A DNA stretch of 64,000 bases from Chrysomallon squamiferum (taxonomy: Eukaryota > Animalia > Mollusca), in assembly GCA_012295275.1 (NCBI GenBank), contig CM022666.1, forward strand, positions 8,618,001 to 8,682,000, written 5' to 3'. Of the stretch, positions 14,056-28,970 are shown one piece after another. The notes below the pieces were generated by a model. The model did not search any database and had not been told where the DNA came from. It saw nothing but the letters and a program-made list of their open reading frames with translations. The translations under genes and the position numbers were made by a program. The stretch's first letter is position 1; each line of letters opens with the position of its first letter.

Positions 14056-15389
14056 AATGCTTCTTGCATGTATTCATTTACTTGATTAAATATTTACTAT
14101 ATTCAAAAATATTATTAACAGTAACAATTGTAAAACTGATGTCGCAGAAGTAGTAACAGTAGCAGTAGTAATTAATATTTAGTAATGTTGTTATAATCAC
14201 CATCATTATTATAATCATCACTGTAGCAATGATAATAATAATAATGATGATGATGATGATAAAATCTACAGAAAAAATAAATGATTGTAAGCCAGTATGT
14301 TAATTAAAACTATAATAACGATAATAATAATTGTAATAGTGGTGGTGGTGGTAGTATAAGTAGTAATGATATTGATGATGATAATAATAATAATAATAAT
14401 AATGATAACGATGATAATGATAACGATGATGGTGATGCTGATGCTGCTGATGATGATGACGATGAGAATAATAACAATAATAATGAAACTATAATTTTTT
14501 TAATTGTTTTTTAAAATAAAATAACAATAATGAAATAAATAAACATAAACAGATAAATAAAAAGAATAAGTGGACAAACAAAAGAAAACAAACAAACAGA
14601 ATTAAACAGGAATAAATAATAAAATAAAATAAGTAGTAAATAAATAAATAAATTCATAAATAAATAAATAAATAAATAAATAAAAGACGCTGCTGCTCTT
14701 GTGTCACATCAGTATCTAACATTAATTCTTGTTTTAGTGTTTATCATGGAAATTCCATGCCAGTCACATGACACATCAAAGGTACATATTTGACACCTGC
14801 TATTGATGTCAATTTCGCCAAATTAACGCTCACGGGAGAGGGGAACAGGTGCGAAAAAATGTTTACCAGTGAAATGAGAAGACAAGTCAAGAAACACTGA
14901 AGCAGCGGTTTCACGGTTACGAATGACGTGTCAGTGTGTACGTACGGGTCTTAAATCGACGACCTTGAGCACGTGCAAAGAAAGGAAGGACGAAATTTGC
15001 AACAATTCAAGCGAAAGTGCCTCTCAAAAGTTGCTAAACATGACCCGTCGTTCAAAGGATTGCCGGAAAAAAAAAAAAAAAAAAAAAGCAAGAAAGAAAG
15101 AAAGAATCGTTCGTATATTTGCGCATAGAGAATAAAAATAATAAAATAAAATAAATGAAACAAAATAAAATAAAATACAATAAAATAAAATAAGAAAAAA
15201 TTAAAATGAAACGAAATAAATTATAATGTAATGCAATTTAATTAAAGGTAATATAATATAATATAATATAAATAAGAATGAAATAAAATAATAAAAATGA
15301 AATTAAACAAAGTGAAAATAAAAATAAAATATAAAAATGAGAAAGTAAATAAATAAATAAAAGGGACAGAAAGAAAAAAAGTTAAAGAA

Positions 15390-15730
15390 AGATCACCACG
15401 AAGTCGTTAATGAAATGTTCGCACCTGCATTCCTCAAAGCGGGTTTACAAAACAACTCGGAGAGCTGCGCCCCTTTCTCTCCCTCTTTTGTGCGGGAGGC
15501 GATGTTAGCCAGAGTGATTGTTCTTGCCAGGACGCATGTTCCTGCATGCGTTTCACTGAGATTTATTGCTTCGTCAGCGAGAGGGGTTTCGCGGGGCGCT
15601 TCTGTTGTCATAGCAATTCCACAAGCCGCCAAGTACCTTCAACACGAGGTTACAATGTACAGCGTCCGTCCCGTCTGTTTGTCTGTCCGTGCACAACACA
15701 ACGCGATCGCTTCTCGAAAGCTGTGACTTT
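15390..15730. promoter_or_regulatory. GC-rich complex island
   Basis: GC and CpG are clearly elevated, with an X-box-like GTTGTCATAGCAAT at 15604-15617. The overlapping short ORFs are unrecognisable. Confidence 0.35.
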
Positions 15731-16496
15731 GAAAATTTCGTGTCAGTTAATGAGATGTACAATTATTTACTTTTCAGTGTTCGATTGTAGATTCGTTTTG
15801 TCTATTAATGAAATGTACATCTCATGGCGTTAATAGTGGATTAGTTTTTGTATTTTAATTATCATTATAAATATTTATTTGTGGTAGTGACTTTGAAATC
15901 TGTAAGATTTACACATCATGGAGTTAATTGTAGATTATTATTATTTTTTTTTTTTTTTTCTTGTAGTAGCATTCTGAAATTTCCGAATCTATTAATGAAT
16001 TATACAAATGTTTAAAATTAATTTATAATATTGCAGACTGCTTTGATTTTTGATCATATTTATAATAATATTTTCTTGAATATATATTAAGAACCAAATC
16101 TGAAAAACGATGTATCGAAATATAAACCATATAAAGCGGGAGTTATTGTAACTGTGAGTTATAATTACATTTTGTTTTCATGGAATTCTTAATTATTAAC
16201 TTTATAAATATTCACTTACGCAATGATATTTGAAATGGTCACATCTGTTAAAAAATAAAACTATAAATATTTATTTAGTAATAGCGTTTTTCAAAAATAG
16301 TAATTGGAGTGTAGTAATCAAAAAGTTGTAATTGGTAGTAGTAGTAGTATAGTAATCGTAATAGTAGTTATAGTAAAAAATAATGATGTTGATAATAATA
16401 TTAGTAGTAGAAAAACAGTAGTGTTGTACTAGTCATAACAACAACAATAATTATAATGATAATAGATTTATAAATAAATTAATAATAAATAATAAA

Positions 16497-16548
16497 TATT
16501 ATTATTATTATTATTATCACTATTATTATTATTATAATTATTATTATA

Positions 16549-16620
<72 letters not shown>
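16497..16620. repeat. (ATT)n microsatellite
   Basis: Directly visible in the sequence. Confidence 0.95.
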
Positions 16621-19600
16621 TTAAAAATATAACTCTTTTAAAAATCTAACTCTCACGTTTTTATCGCACTACCTCGCTATCGTCAGTTGCTTTGATTTTT
16701 TTTCACCACTCAAAATTATCGCCATCATCATCATATTCCAACAACAACTTCATTTTTATTTATTCTGTTTACACAATCGAAGCAGTGACATCGTCTTCAG
16801 TGTTTTTAATACTAATAGCAGCATCTTCAATGACAACGTCGGCAATGTTTTTCTAACTAACAGTGGCGTCTTCAATCATTCATCAACAACATCGACAATG
16901 TTTCGTTTCGATCGAATCGACATTCTATACAAGGGCGAGGCTAGATGTTTCTGGGGGGTGGGGTATGTCTATCGGGCAGTCCTGTCATAAATTTGTAATG
17001 TACATTTTGTTGATATTTAATATATATAAAACTTAGATATGGAGAGGGTGTGGTCAGGGTTTCATAAAAAGTCGGATCCACCATTTGATGAAAAAAAGTG
17101 GCGACATAATTATCAGTCATTTGATTTTTAAAATAAAGTGAAAACAGCTGTAAAGAAAACAGTTTTTCAAGAAAAGAAGCTCTTAGGAAGAATAAAAATA
17201 AATAAATAAAAATTTTAATTAATAAATAAATTAATAAATAAACAAACAAACTAACAAACAAATAAATAATTAAACAAATAAATAAATAATTGTTAAAAAA
17301 GTAATTAAATAAATAAATAATAGTTAATAAAAAAAAAAAAAAAAAAAAGAAAAAATGAAACAAACAAACAAAATAAGAAAAATTAAAATTAAAAAAGATG
17401 ATGAAGAAATGTTTCGTACACGTACAGACCCTCATCACGTCGTCCCTAGAATCCCCCCTCCCCGGGTCTGCTCCTGTCGACAGAGGATGACGTTGACAAG
17501 GGGCTGGTTAAACACGCAAAGAACTAACAAAGCAAACTGACCAGTTTTCCAAATACTTGCCTCTTCTGTCGATATCTCGAGAGCCAGAGCATCTGACAAG
17601 AAAAATCTTTGTTTGTGATGATAGGAATATTAAAAAAAAATCTTTATTACACGCTAATGCGTCAGTGTTTATTTGCAAAATACAGATTTATTCATTTTTC
17701 AGGCCAGAATGAATAAATAATGGAAAAAATAGTAAATGAATAATAATGAATAAGTTAATGAATAAATATTCATCGAGACGTTAAAAATCCTTTTTATTTA
17801 TTTATTATTATTTTTTTTTTATTATAATCTGCTTTTATTTTAACTTCTGTTTTAATAATTGCATCGTCATAAAAATCTTGTTGTTGCTGCGTCTATTGGT
17901 TGCTGCAGTTGTTATTGTTAATGTTGACGTGAACGTAGTTTGACGTGTTTTTCTTTTATACAGAAATATTGTAAGTATTTAGTTGGTGAAAAGAAACTTT
18001 ACACATCTTAGTGTGACAGCGACGTGATATAAACAACAGCGATGTGTTAAATGTATTAAATGACCTGTCATTTTGTGTTATCAGCATTACACTGCAGTTT
18101 CATAAAACCTGTATGAGAAGAAGAAGAAGAAGAAGAAGAAGAAAAGAGAGAGAGAGAGAGGATCCATCCATACATCCATTATTCATTTCATCGATCCGTC
18201 TTTTCGTTCATCCATCCATCCATCCATCCATGCACCTAATCTATTAAATATTTTTTTTTCTTTTTATTGTTTCTTCGTCTTCTTGTTTAATTTTTTTTTT
18301 TCTTGGTCTAGCATATTTATCTTGTTTAACCCCTTGTGAAGATGTTTCCAAAGAAGCAATAAAGATATTTAGAGCGGCGATCTTGAGTTAAGTCCCCTTA
18401 AACGATATGACAGGTTTTTTTCAAGATGGGTGTTAACGTGTTAGACTCTTTGTAACTCCTCTATTGAAGAGCACTCCAGCAAAGAACGACAATTGCTATG
18501 AACCGAACTTTTCTTTTTTTTAACTCTTTTTTTCTGAAGTGTTTGAGAAAACATATAAACGCTCCCAGAGGCTGAAGTTTCGCAGATTACAGATGTAAAC
18601 AGGAGAGTTTTCTTTTTCACTGACACAGATGGTTTCCGTGCGTCTGTTGTTCGGGACAAAATAACTTATGGTTTTAGTTATTTGGTATCGGGTTCGTGTC
18701 AAAGTGAAATATTTAGTGTCTAGCACCTGTACATATATGTATGTGTGTGTGTGTGTGTGTATGTGTGTGTGTGTATACTGTATATATACACATACACATA
18801 TACATGTATATGAGTATTTGTTTATGTATGTGTATATGTATGTGTGTATGTGTATGTGTATTTGTGTGTGGGAGTGTATATGTATGTATATTATGTACGT
18901 ATGTGTGTGTATGTGTTTACTATATATGTATGTATGTATGTGTGTGTGTATATATATATATAATATATCTGTCTATCTCTATTAAAGTACACATCTACTT
19001 ATGTTGGAATGCGCGAGTGTGTTTGTTTTTATTTGTATACAGTATCATCATCTTTTTCTTCTTTTTTCTTCTTCCTTTTGCACTACGTCGTCTTATGATC
19101 ATCATCAGTTTCATCAGCTTCTTCTTCTTCGGGCGTTATGAGGTGAAAAATATGTTTTGGTTTTCCAAGAAGCTAATGAATTTTTATTTTTATTTTTCTT
19201 TGACATCAGAAAAAAGAAATTCTAATCTTGAAAGTGTCATATGAAATCTCGTAACGATAGCGTATCACTTCTGCTTCATCTACCAAAGCAGATGTCTCGC
19301 GGTGCATTATGGGTCAAAGCATCCGTGTCTCTTTATCAATTGAAACGAGCGACCCGTCATTTCCGCGCCATAATCGAATGAAAACACGCGATCTCTCGCG
19401 CCAAATCTTGATATGGCCGGATCAGTGGAGGTGATCAAAGTTGTATGATGTGCCTTAACGCTTTCTGCTTGGAGGGAACTTTTAATTTATTTTAGACAAT
19501 TTGTGTTGGGTTTTTTTTCAACCCTTCATCAGCTGACTACCAAAGCGATGCCTGGCCAGTATTGTCTGCCAATTGCATTTCTTTCTGTCAGTTTCCCAGC

Positions 19601-19862
19601 CTGAGAAGCGTGCTTTGACCTTCAGCTTGAACATCAGATTAAATAAAATGCCGTATTGAACAGTCGCATGTCACAGTAATTTAGAAAACAGCATTTAACT
19701 CTGTAGGAACTGGAATCGATTCCTTGTATCAACCAGCTCCCTGATAACGTTTTATCACAGAACACAGATCTCTTTTCTTCTACACATTCTTAATATGTCT
19801 CCACAGCATCAATTTATTACATAAAAATCATGTCCGATCTCTTCTTCCACAGACATCAATAA

Positions 19863-19973
19863 AGACATATCTTCTAACTAGACATATCTTCTAACTCGAC
19901 ATTTCATCTAACTAGACATATCTTCTAACTAGACACATCTTCTAACTAGACACATCTTCTAACTAGACATATC
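19863..19973. repeat. 17-bp minisatellite AGACAYATCTTCTAACT, about 6.5 copies
   Basis: Units start at 19863, 19880, 19897, 19914, 19931, 19948 and 19965. The units are contiguous, with no spacers. Confidence 0.95.
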
Positions 19974-20024
19974 CAACAGACTACAGAAGTAACTGTTTTC
20001 AAATCTTGCTAAAATGTATGCTAG

Positions 20025-20335
<311 letters not shown>

Positions 20336-20503
20336 TAACGTTCTAACATACTAACATTAATCCTGTCTATGACTTGGACTACTGCCATGGCCTGATGGTT
20401 TATGAATCTACGAAACTCATGTATCACTTTTATTTACTTTAAGTAATAAGCTGAGATTTTCCCAGCAGAGCACAAACTATTACTAAACCAAACATTTTTC
20501 CAG

Positions 20504-20550
<47 letters not shown>

Positions 20551-21422
20551 CTTATATTGTCAATCCTCATTGTTAACAGATTCACACCTAGTGAAGAACA
20601 AGCACTCAAAAACTTGCCAAAGCGAAGCAACGTTTCACAAGATGCAGAATAATTTATCTGGCCTACATTTATTCCTACTTTCCATGTAGCCCCCTCCGGC
20701 GATTCGTAAAAGCTTTTCCCAAGATATTAATTAGGGTATTCAGGTGCCAAAAAGAGCTGGGCGTTTCAAGGGGTGGAGTCGTCATCTTCCCCGTCTTCCC
20801 GGCCGCTTTAATTAGGCACAAGTGCCGCGGGCCAGACGACAACAACACATTTCCCGCGCTTGCATTTCCGCGGACTAATTATCCTCTAGCAGATGAAAAG
20901 AAGAAAAACTTTAAGTCCAGGAGTGTCCGTCAACATTGTGAAATGGGAAAAAAAAAAAATTAAAATAAAATAAATAAAAGAGATGGGAAAAAGAAATTAC
21001 GTTTTAATTCTGTCTTCTGTCTTTTTTTTTTTTTTTTCCAAATGCGTGAATAATGATTTCGGTTCGAGAATAGTGTTACTGATAATCTGGAAGCAAACTT
21101 AAAAAAAAAAATATGACGTAAAGAACGTAGCTTTCTGCTGCTACTACTTTTACAACAACTACTACTACTACTACAATTACTTTTTCTATTACTGCTGTTA
21201 CTACTAAATCCATTACTACTACTAACTCTATTAGTATTACTACAACAACTAGTACTGCTCATATCATTACTACAATACAACGGCAACTGCTACTATTGCT
21301 ACTGTTGTTAATGTCTATTATTCTCTCTGTCTCTCATATACTATCGCGTAATCATCATCATAATCATCATACAGCATTTTTTATCATACAGAAACGTTCA
21401 CCTAAACATATTCATCCAGTAA

Positions 21423-21424
<2 letters not shown>

Positions 21425-21509
<85 letters not shown>

Positions 21510-21512
21510 GTC
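21425..21512. repeat. (CT)n microsatellite
   Basis: Nearly pure tract. Confidence 0.97.
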
Positions 21513-21825
21513 TCCCACACAGTAAACCACAAGGAATTGATGGTAGAAGACACACGCCTAGCGTACGCTCTATAACAACATGAAGCCAGTATGTTACAAA
21601 TCTTTTATTGAAATTACAGCATTAGCTTTTGAATTTCCCGGGGCAATTTACTGAATTAAAACTACTGGGAAAAAGAAGCGGACAACTTAAAAAGGTTTAT
21701 GTGAATCCAGCGTCACAGAGATTCAATACTGGCAAGAGTTTTACAGACTTAATATCTGTGTTTGAGGACTTATATGTGTATTTGTATACCTTTGTGTGCA
21801 TGCATATACATATATATAAAAGAAA

Positions 21826-21955
<130 letters not shown>

Positions 21956-23017
21956 AATAGAATATGGAAATGTTTTTATATGATATCATCATCATCATCA
22001 TTATCACTATCATAATCATATTCATCATTATTTCACCAAATTCATAACCATCATTGATATTATTATAATCGTTTCAACAGCAACATCATCATCATCATCA
22101 TAATAATAATCTCACATCATCAGCATTGTCATCATCATCATCATCATCATCATCATCAATATCATCTTTTCTTTCATGCTCCTCCTTCCTCTTCAGTTTC
22201 CAACTTGAATCGATAAACGCGACCACCAACAAACCAAATTACGACGTGGCCCAATCCGCAGAAATCCTACAGCGAGTTGTTACAAGCGACCATTGTCGTG
22301 CGAAGACGTCGAGATAATAGGGAGAAACTCAATCGCCGAGACTTCACAAGACTTCAGAAAACTTCACGCGAGTAACAGGGCTTGTCTCACTTCTATAGAA
22401 CACAACACAATGGCTGCGAAAATAATAAAGAATCTGCAATGATTATTATTATTATTATTATTATTATCATCATCATTCTCTTCTTCTTTTTTCTTTTTTC
22501 TTTTTCCCTGTTGTTGAATTTTTATACTAAGATGGGGATTTTTATTTCTGTCTCTGTTTTTTTGATATTTCACAATGTAGTTTCAATACAATGACTGCTT
22601 CTTTAGGCAAGCTTGTTGTAAAGGCAGTTCGATAAAGCAAAAACAGACGAAAGACTTGCCGCTCTTAGAAAGAAAATGCTAGATTCAGCATGCGAGCGAC
22701 GGCCATAATGAAACCATGACAGGAATAATAGTCTTTTATTTGTTCATGAAAGGCAGAATCCGTTCTCATAACTCGCGATCGAAACGTGGAGAGAGAAATT
22801 TCTTTACTACACAGAAGAAGCCAGATGGCGAGTGGCGATGGCGGAGTTTTAAAAGCAGGGAACTAAATTATTTTTGGGGATTTTTCTGTTACCGAAACGT
22901 TTCACTCCCGTTAAAGATTTTTCTTCCAAGGGATAAGTTATCTTCTCTCCGTGTTACGTAACAGTCATTTTATTATCATAATTCTTTTTGTGCTATGACG
23001 TGTTTGTAGAGATCGTG

Positions 23018-23073
<56 letters not shown>

Positions 23074-23079
23074 GTTGTT

Positions 23080-23340
23080 CAGACATGGTTCTCTACACAC
23101 GTTTTCGTTCAGCAATGGCGAACGACTTTTTCCTTCACTGTCGTGGCTTTTTTTCCTTCCTGCTGTTTGGATCGATTCAGAGTTGAAGTCGGGGTGTCGT
23201 AGTGCAAGAGGAAGTGACCGGCGGTGACGTCGTCGTACGAGGAACACGAGTCAGGTATACCCATTAAAACTATTTCTGTTGCATGTAGGGGTGGGCGGGA
23301 AGGGGAAGGGAGGGAGGAAGGGGCGGAGAATGGTGGGTTG
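23080..23340 (+). promoter_or_regulatory. Promoter-like island with ETS, CRE-like and GC-box motifs and a G-quadruplex motif
   Basis: AGGAAGTG (23209), TGACGTC (23225), GGGCGG twice, and seven runs of three or more G in 23288-23323. Confidence 0.35.
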
Positions 23341-23503
23341 TCATGTCGATTTGCTGCAATCTATTTTGAGCTGAATGATGCTAACAGTTAGGATGATAAT
23401 GATGATTTTGATTTTTACGACTAATATGATAAATATGATGATGATAATGATGATCATGACAACAATGATAATTACATTAATAATAATGATGATGATGACG
23501 ACG

Positions 23504-23548
<45 letters not shown>

Positions 23549-23733
23549 TAAGCACCAGTAGAAGCAATGGTATTAAGTGTTACTAATAGTAGAAGTAGCA
23601 GATGTAATATTAATGCAGTTGTAGCTGTTTGTAACAGAAGTAATTTTGACTGTGGGAGTAAAAGTAGTAGTGGTAGTGTTTATAATGACTGTGGTGATGT
23701 TCACGATGATAATAATGATAAAAATAATAAAAT

Positions 23734-23805
<72 letters not shown>

Positions 23806-24259
23806 AATAATAATAATAATAATAAAAGAAGTAAACTATGATAAACATAATTTGATTTTTGTGTTAATAGTTTATGGAAAATAAGACCATAAAAAACCTA
23901 ATAATAATAATAAATTTAAAAATAAAATAATAATAATAATAATAAATAAATAAAAAATAAAAATGGAAGATCACGATAAAGTAAAATAAAATAGTAATAG
24001 AAAAAAATACCAGCAATAATAATGTTCTGATTAATGTTTTGTCGTATTAAAATCTAAATTTTACATATTTAATTTGTCTAACTGTTTGAGAATTATGTTT
24101 TATATTTAATATTTAAATGGTATTTTTAATTTTTGACAGTAATATGTAATAAACAAAATAAATACACTTTAAAATTATCTTCTACTATAATATTAATAAT
24201 TTAAAAATACCTACCTGGCTACCTACCTACCTTCCTACATACATACATACATACATACA

Positions 24260-24291
<32 letters not shown>

Positions 24292-24505
24292 AACATATAA
24301 ACATTCACTAATGTATATAAGTATATATAATATACAATATTATAATCAGACTCATTATTTTTATATCTTTATTAATTACTAAATATTATTATTTATAATT
24401 TTTTCTTTAAATGAAAGAGACAATCTATATGCATTTTAATTTTTACTTGGATATAGTTGTTCTAAATATAACTGGGATTCCAATAAATAAATAAATAAAT
24501 AACAT

Positions 24506-24572
<67 letters not shown>

Positions 24573-24665
24573 AGTTGATGATAATGATATAAATTAATAC
24601 ACAATAATTCTAGTGTTGGTGATAGTAGTAGTAGTAAAAATAATGAGAATGATATTATTATCAAT

Positions 24666-24700
<35 letters not shown>

Positions 24701-25254
24701 TATTATTGTCGTAGTTATTATTATTCTCCTAATGATGATGATAATGATAATAATATATTATGTATGTACATTCGACTAATATGATGGTGGTCAATTCAAA
24801 CACTGATATTAAAACATTTATGTTTGGACATTTCTGTTCGTATACACTGGGGTAATTAATAATGTAGAATATTTCAATCACACTGATGTCTATTTCTCTA
24901 ACGGTTTTACTAGAATTAATAGCGATTTTCACAGCTAAACTGAAGAAAAACTGTCAATTACAAGTTTATAAATTTACAGGACTGATTTTATTGAATCCTC
25001 TTGATATTGACAAAATAATGCACATTCACACGGACATATAAAATGAATATATTTTATATTATTTTATATGTGTAATAAATAATGATATATATATATATAT
25101 ATATACTGTGTTTACAAATATATGTAGATATATAAATAGATATATTTAGATAAAATAATAATATTTATTATTATTACATTTTATTTATTAAATACTTTCA
25201 GTCGTCTTGTTTTGACACGAAGAATTAGTAATTTTCATATAACTATTTTAATAA

Positions 25255-25257
<3 letters not shown>

Positions 25258-25350
<93 letters not shown>
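25258..25350. repeat. (GA)n microsatellite
   Basis: Pure tract. Confidence 0.97.
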
Positions 25351-25351
<1 letters not shown>

Positions 25352-25739
25352 GCACGCGCAAGTGTATGTGTGTGTTTTTTTGTAAATATAACCTCAAACA
25401 TATATAATTATTTGACTTGTAACACTACGTATGTTTTATTCAAAGAAAGTTAATACACTTGCGTGAAAAGCCGTCAAGCTTAATCAAATTTCAATGAATG
25501 AATATGAATTATTAACACATTGATCACGTTTCTTTTCCTGTGTTTTTTTTTTTTTTTTGTGCACGTTAATTTCACATGCGGGTTATTTCATACGAAATGC
25601 GCACACTTTTTCACACAATGACAAATATATTTTTGTTATGTTTCACGAACGTAATTTCAATAATTATTTAATTTCTTTTTTTTATAAAAAAGGTAAAATA
25701 GAATACATTTGTGTGTTATTATTATTATTTCTTTTTAAA

Positions 25740-25776
<37 letters not shown>

Positions 25777-26399
25777 TCAATAATAATAACAATAATTATA
25801 ATTATAATATTTTAAAACCATATTTTATATTTTTGGTGATATATATACATGTTTCTCCTTCCTTGTATATAAATATTTAATATTAGTGTTTGAATTAAAT
25901 TAGTGGATAAATCGAAGCAAATTAATTAATGCTGTTTAATCGAAGTCTAATTAATTATAAATACCAGAATTTGTATTTGTAATATTTTGTTAAAAAAAAA
26001 TCAATAATTTATTTCGTGTAAACATATTAAATATATTAGTATTCTGTAATATTTTAATGTATTAGCACTAAATATAATAACATCTTAATTTAATCTCATG
26101 ATTACTCTTATTTAAAATATTTAATATTAGTAATATTACATTAAAACATCAAATATTTGTTTTAATAATTTAGGATTAAAAATATCTATAATAGTTGTTA
26201 GATGTGAATATAGTGAAAATATTGTAATATCATATTAAATACTTTTAATTTTATTACATAAAATTATTATTTGCTGTGCAAAGACAAATTAAACATATTG
26301 GCTTATTGTAATATCATCACATTAAATATTAATAATTTTTATAATACAGTTTATTTCAAATTGCTGAAATTATAACCCATTTGTTTGAAAAAAACAACT

Positions 26400-26600
26400 A
26401 TATTTGTAATATTTCTGTATTAAAATATTAAATACATTGAAATATTATATCAAAATATTAAATATTTGTAAAACTGTAATATTAATATTAGAAATTTGTA
26501 TAATACTGTTATACTTAAATGTTAATATTTGTAAAACTATAATATTAGTTTAACAAATTTGTATAAAACTGTTATATTTAAATGTTAAAGTTTGTAAAAA
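26400..26600. repeat. Degenerate AT-rich minisatellite (about 63-bp unit made of two roughly 31-bp subunits)
   Basis: 26461-26523 and 26524-26587 align closely (aatatttgtaaaactRtaatatta...aaatttgtata..actgttata.ttaaatgtt). Confidence 0.75.
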
Positions 26601-26968
26601 GATGAAATAAATAATATTTCATTATTTGATTAAAACATTACGTAACTTTTGCAATACTGTGTAATTAAAATATTAAAATACTACATGTTCAATACCATTT
26701 TGCAATATAAGATATATTATACTGAAATTATTAAATATTAAGAAAATATTATATTAAGAGATAATAATTTTGTTATAGCTCCTTATAAAATAAAATTTAT
26801 TATATTAAAATAGAATATTAATTCTATCATTAATATAAAACATAGAAATTATTTTTCTATAGTAATAGACTAAAGGAAGAGTGGATGGATGTAGAGGTAG
26901 TATTATTAATAATTTTATTATTACTATTTGATATATATATATACAAAAAATAAATTAATAAATAAATA

Positions 26969-27008
<40 letters not shown>

Positions 27009-27440
27009 TTTTATTTTTTTTATTTTTTGTTTGTTTTTTATTTATATATATATAATCATTATTATTACTCTTTATCTATTTATTCAATATATTTTAAAAT
27101 ATTTGATTTTTACTCTCTTTTAATAATCATAATAAATATCATATTACAGTCGAAAAATTTCATTATTTAGCAAATTTAATAAATAATTAATATGTATAAA
27201 CATTCTTTAGGTTATTTTGTCAAATATTTCAAAACAAAAACAAAAGCGCACATTTTTATTTCAAAGATAAGAAATGAACAGTAACTAGCCTGATCTAATT
27301 TTAATTTGTGAAATTTTTGGGATATTTTAGAAAAGATCAAATTATCACAAATAATTAATAAATGTTCAAAATACAATAATAGAATTTTATTATTTTTATT
27401 ATTATTATTTTTTTTTTTAGTAGTTTATGGTTTATTAAAT

Positions 27441-27442
<2 letters not shown>

Positions 27443-27522
<80 letters not shown>
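27443..27522. repeat. (CT)n microsatellite
   Basis: Pure tract. Confidence 0.97.
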
Positions 27523-27526
<4 letters not shown>

Positions 27527-28189
27527 ATATAGGCACAGTCTAGTTATGTAATCATTAATATAAGCAAGTTTAATTTCTTTTCATATAATAACAGGTATTA
27601 TTTGTTAGTTTCTGTTTCTTATATTATATTATATTATATTATATTATCACCTTATATTATATTATATTATATTATATTATATTATATTATATTATATTAT
27701 GTTATGTTATATTACTGTTATTACTGTTACTATTATTGTTGTTGTCATCATCATACTGTTGACGTATATCATATTTTACTATTCTCTGTTAATAATGCTA
27801 TACAGCAACAACAACTACAACTACATCTACTACTATTACTACTTTTTCCAGTTCTGTTTTGTATTATTTGCAAAATTAATTTATAATTTTACTACAATAT
27901 CATCTGATTTCGACTTTCAAATCGCTTTTCGAACCATTTACTTACTCATTTAATTACAAAAATAAACAAAAAATTTATTTCCTGGTTACGCGGCATAATT
28001 CGTACACCCAGACAAAAATTTCGTTAAACCAGAAATACAAACAACACACGTGAAATTGACATTTTCAAGGTAGGCAAAGATAAGGAAAAAGGAAAATGAC
28101 ATGAAAAGAAATTTACACCCGCAAGTTAGATGTTGCACAGTACAAATCACTTGTACACGTCTTATAAAAGTGTGTTAGTTTCCTCTCCA

Positions 28190-28234
<45 letters not shown>

Positions 28235-28553
28235 CTACAAAAAAATGTTGCAACTTAGGGTCTATCTTTTATGAATATTTCGTATGAAAATAGAGCGGCA
28301 TGAAATTTGCACGTTTCAAAAGCTGAATAAACGTTCGCTCACAATGGCCGTCTTTAAGAAGGTTGTTAGAATAAGCGCTTGAACAAACCAGCGTCTTTCA
28401 GCGAGCGCTTTGGCTAAGAAGAAGAGCAAACTGAGGGAAATTTAGAAATTCTCCACCAAGTCACTGGACACCGGCTCACAGCGCGCCGCAACATGATTAA
28501 ACTGCTCGAATCTCGTCAAATTTCTCGTGTCGAAAATTAGTAGAAAAATAATT

Positions 28554-28666
<113 letters not shown>

Positions 28667-28915
28667 AAGTGTAGTTATATTATTTCATGTCTCTAAGAAA
28701 TAGAATTATACAGGAGTAATTTTATTATTATTTTTTTAATTATTTTATTTTATTCTAAAGAAAATAAATACTACAGATTTTCAATTAAAATATTATCCGT
28801 GTTGATAAAATATAATATTGTGCAGTAAAAATAATAATAATAATATAGATTTTTATAAATTATAAAGATTTTTATAAATTAGAAAAGCTATATCAGAATA
28901 AAGGAATTATTATTA

Positions 28916-28970
<55 letters not shown>

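Noticed and set aside
15415-15726. 103-aa ATG ORF in a GC island
   Set aside because: It has no recognisable domain, four overlapping ORFs on both strands reflect local GC content, and there is no supporting gene structure.
19863-19973. CRISPR-like appearance of the 17-bp repeat (also the 23-bp repeat at 34612)
   Set aside because: The units are contiguous with no unique spacers, no cas genes are present, and the context is eukaryotic.
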